From assembly GCA_964386665.1 (NCBI GenBank), contig CAYLQP010000001.1:48111-112110 (forward strand): a DNA stretch of 64,000 nucleotides. The letters are read 5' to 3'. This stretch comes from an uncultured Candidatus Saccharibacteria bacterium (GTDB lineage: Bacteria; Patescibacteriota; Minisyncoccia; Phycocordibacterales; CAIRYW01). The notes below the pieces were generated by a model. It was not told where the DNA came from, made no database searches, and saw only the letters and a program-made list of their open reading frames with translations. The translations under genes were made by a program, and so were the position numbers. Each line of letters opens with the position of its first letter. Position 1 is the first letter of the stretch. This document shows positions 61,735 through 64,000 of the stretch, piece after piece.

Positions 61735-64000
61735 ATGGCAAAACGAGTTACAGAGCATTTGTTCACAGGAGGAACAAGACACTATACAATCTATGATTCA
61801 ACAAAGACTACTTTGGGTTCTTTGATAAATCAATATACTGGAGCAGCTGCAACAGACAAATTTGCCGGTCCAATAAAAATTGGTGTTGCAAGACCAAACG
61901 AAACTTCAACAGCTATTCCGAGTACTTACCCCCACGCTTTTCGTTGGGCTGATAAAAAAGGTTTTTATTCAACAGGAACAGTTTCTGTTGCAGAAACTGT
62001 TGTAACTGGGTCTGGGACAGGTTGGCTTACTGATGGGGTGCCAATTGATGCTCGAATCGGATTCGGGACAACAGATCCTGAAGCAGTGACTACCTGGTAT
62101 TCTATCTCTGCAATTGCTTCTAATACATCTATTACACTTCAAACTTCTGCAGGAACAATCGCGGGAGGTACATCCTTTGTTATCAACAAAGAACGTCGGA
62201 TTGACTGGGTGTTCCTTGCTGATATAGCAACCGCAGCAACGACACGACGTACAAGCTTTTTTGAATTTGATCGAGATACGTCTGTCTTTACCTGGAAAGG
62301 ATTTATTACAACTACATTTCCATCTGCAACTAACCACACTATCGTTGGGATGCGGGCCGTGTATCAAACATATACAACAGGAACAGTTGGTGTTTCGACA
62401 GCGACTGTAACTGGTTCAGGAACCACGTGGTCTGCAAGTCGGATATTTATAGGTTCTCGAATTGGATTTGGTTCAACTGATCCTACCCAAATCTCTCAGT
62501 GGTATTATGTAAACGCTGTTGGATCAGATACCTCAATTACGATTCAAGTAAACCCAACAGCTTCAGGAACAGGAGGAACAGCAGCCAGTATAACAGTTAC
62601 AGCTGGTACGGCTTATGTGATTGAAGATTTGCGAATTTTACACGCAACCACAAACGCGACTGCTACAAACGGAGGGTTGTTTATGACTGGTGCGGTTTCT
62701 TATGCTGATTTTACAACTACAGGAACAACAATCGCTGCTGCAGCAACAACTGACAAAGTAAAAGCGTGTTACTGGCTTGCAGATGCGTCAACTGTTACTA
62801 ACGATGTGGCATCTGGTCTTGCTGTTGATGATCGTGATAGTTGGACACAACAGTATTGTTATATTATTGAGCGTCAGGCTGCAACTACTCCTGCTGTATA
62901 TAAATATAATTTTAGAGCGGCACTTACTTTGACAGCAGGAAAGGCAACAAACGCTTTTGTACTTGCAACAGGGATCCAAACAGTGACTGGTAACGTCTCT
63001 CAAACAAATAATGGCCGAATCGGAATCCTTGCTCACGGTCCAGGTTCTGGTATCAAATCTCTCTATTTTGCAACAACTACTCGTGTATATAGAGCGGCTC
63101 TTACTAACATTACAAGTGGTAATACCTCTTGGGTATCTGATGCAATGGTTGAAGTTCCTGCAGGAGGCACTGCAACTTATGGTGCTTCATCTGTGCTTAC
63201 ATCTGTAGAAGTTGCTGATCAGGTTGATCGTCTTATTATTACAACAACTGGTGCTGCAACTGCGCCAGGATCAAACAGAGCTCATATTACTCAATACAAC
63301 ACCACATCAAATCCGTTTGATCATCCATTTCTTGTTGATTCTCGACAAATTGATCAAAGTACTGCTGATTCAAGTTCGGTGCCTCATCCACAAACACAAG
63401 GAGGTATTATAAACGTCTGGTCAGAAGATGGACTTGCGTATCTTGCTCGTACAGGTACGTTATCTACAACAAACATTCTTTATGCAGTGCCTCTTGGAGC
63501 TGATTGGAATTATGCTGATGGAACTGTGAAGCAAAGATTATATACACCAGCATTAAGTACTCCAGATGCAACCAAGTTTTCTCGTGTGTATGTGAGCAAC
63601 CAATCATATCTTGGAGAAGATAATCTCACATTTCCAACAGAACCTTATCGGATTTATTATCGAACAGCAGGAATATCAGATGACTCAGGTAGTTGGACGC
63701 TTATCGATGCAACAGGAGATCTTTCAAGTGCTGTTGCAGCCACAGAAATTCAGTTTGCAATTGAGTTTCGAACGGCAGGAACATTTTGTTTGCCAAGTCG
63801 TATTTATAATATCGGATGTATTTATGAAGACGATACAACTGATAGTCACTATCAACCATCGGTTGCTCAATCAAATATTACAAGTAAATATTTTGCGTGG
63901 AGGTTCTCAACTGCCTTTGGAGGAACAGTGCCAACACTACGAATACGACTGTATAACGCAGTGAGTGGAGGACTCCTTCTTGATGATACAACAACAGCTT
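61735..64000 (+). CDS. large Thr/Ser/Gly-rich fibre-like protein, at least 755 aa, running off the window end (absent from the ORF track)
   Basis: ATG at 61735 (MAKRVTEHLFTGG...); no in-frame stop seen to 64000; duplicated YxTGTVxV...VTGSGTxW...RIGFGxTDP module. Confidence 0.85.
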   Translation, partial: MAKRVTEHLFTGGTRHYTIYDSTKTTLGSLINQYTGAAATDKFAGPIKIGVARPNETSTAIPSTYPHAFRWADKKGFYSTGTVSVAETVVTGSGTGWLTDGVPIDARIGFGTTDPEAVTTWYSISAIASNTSITLQTSAGTIAGGTSFVINKERRIDWVFLADIATAATTRRTSFFEFDRDTSVFTWKGFITTTFPSATNHTIVGMRAVYQTYTTGTVGVSTATVTGSGTTWSASRIFIGSRIGFGSTDPTQISQWYYVNAVGSDTSITIQVNPTASGTGGTAASITVTAGTAYVIEDLRILHATTNATATNGGLFMTGAVSYADFTTTGTTIAAAATTDKVKACYWLADASTVTNDVASGLAVDDRDSWTQQYCYIIERQAATTPAVYKYNFRAALTLTAGKATNAFVLATGIQTVTGNVSQTNNGRIGILAHGPGSGIKSLYFATTTRVYRAALTNITSGNTSWVSDAMVEVPAGGTATYGASSVLTSVEVADQVDRLIITTTGAATAPGSNRAHITQYNTTSNPFDHPFLVDSRQIDQSTADSSSVPHPQTQGGIINVWSEDGLAYLARTGTLSTTNILYAVPLGADWNYADGTVKQRLYTPALSTPDATKFSRVYVSNQSYLGEDNLTFPTEPYRIYYRTAGISDDSGSWTLIDATGDLSSAVAATEIQFAIEFRTAGTFCLPSRIYNIGCIYEDDTTDSHYQPSVAQSNITSKYFAWRFSTAFGGTVPTLRIRLYNAVSGGLLLDDTTTA

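Noticed and set aside
61969-63964. Short ORFs listed in the last 2 kb
   Set aside because: They are shadows of the single long ORF that starts at 61735 and has no stop inside the window.

Overview
AT-rich bacterial chromosomal window using genetic code 11 (TGA is a stop). Gene content and order, and the many apparently leaderless genes, suggest Patescibacteria/CPR (Parcubacteria-like); this is an inference. Housekeeping blocks: ahcY, mltG, rpoB-rpoC-dnaG-rpoD, an NrdBi/NrdAi-type ribonucleotide reductase with the ATP cone on the beta subunit, tsaC-pyrH-gatB, a sugar-phosphate cluster (gap, rpiB, rpe, split transketolase, pfkB-family kinase, fba), uvrA/uvrC, an F-type ATP synthase operon, cysS, a MacAB-like ABC exporter, mscL and dedA. 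Two large surface proteins are present. No rRNA, tRNA, CRISPR array or transposase was recognised. The most striking unexplained feature lies at 52200-53027, directly downstream of cysS: three tandem minus-strand units, each made of a promoter, a GC-rich structured RNA and a terminator. The RNA bodies differ in sequence but share one predicted fold. A fourth cassette with the same layout sits antisense inside the atp operon (48642-48830). Second most notable is a split rifampicin-phosphotransferase/PEP-synthase-like pair interleaved with two histidine-phosphatase-fold genes just after rpoD. All structures and family calls were made by eye, without tools.
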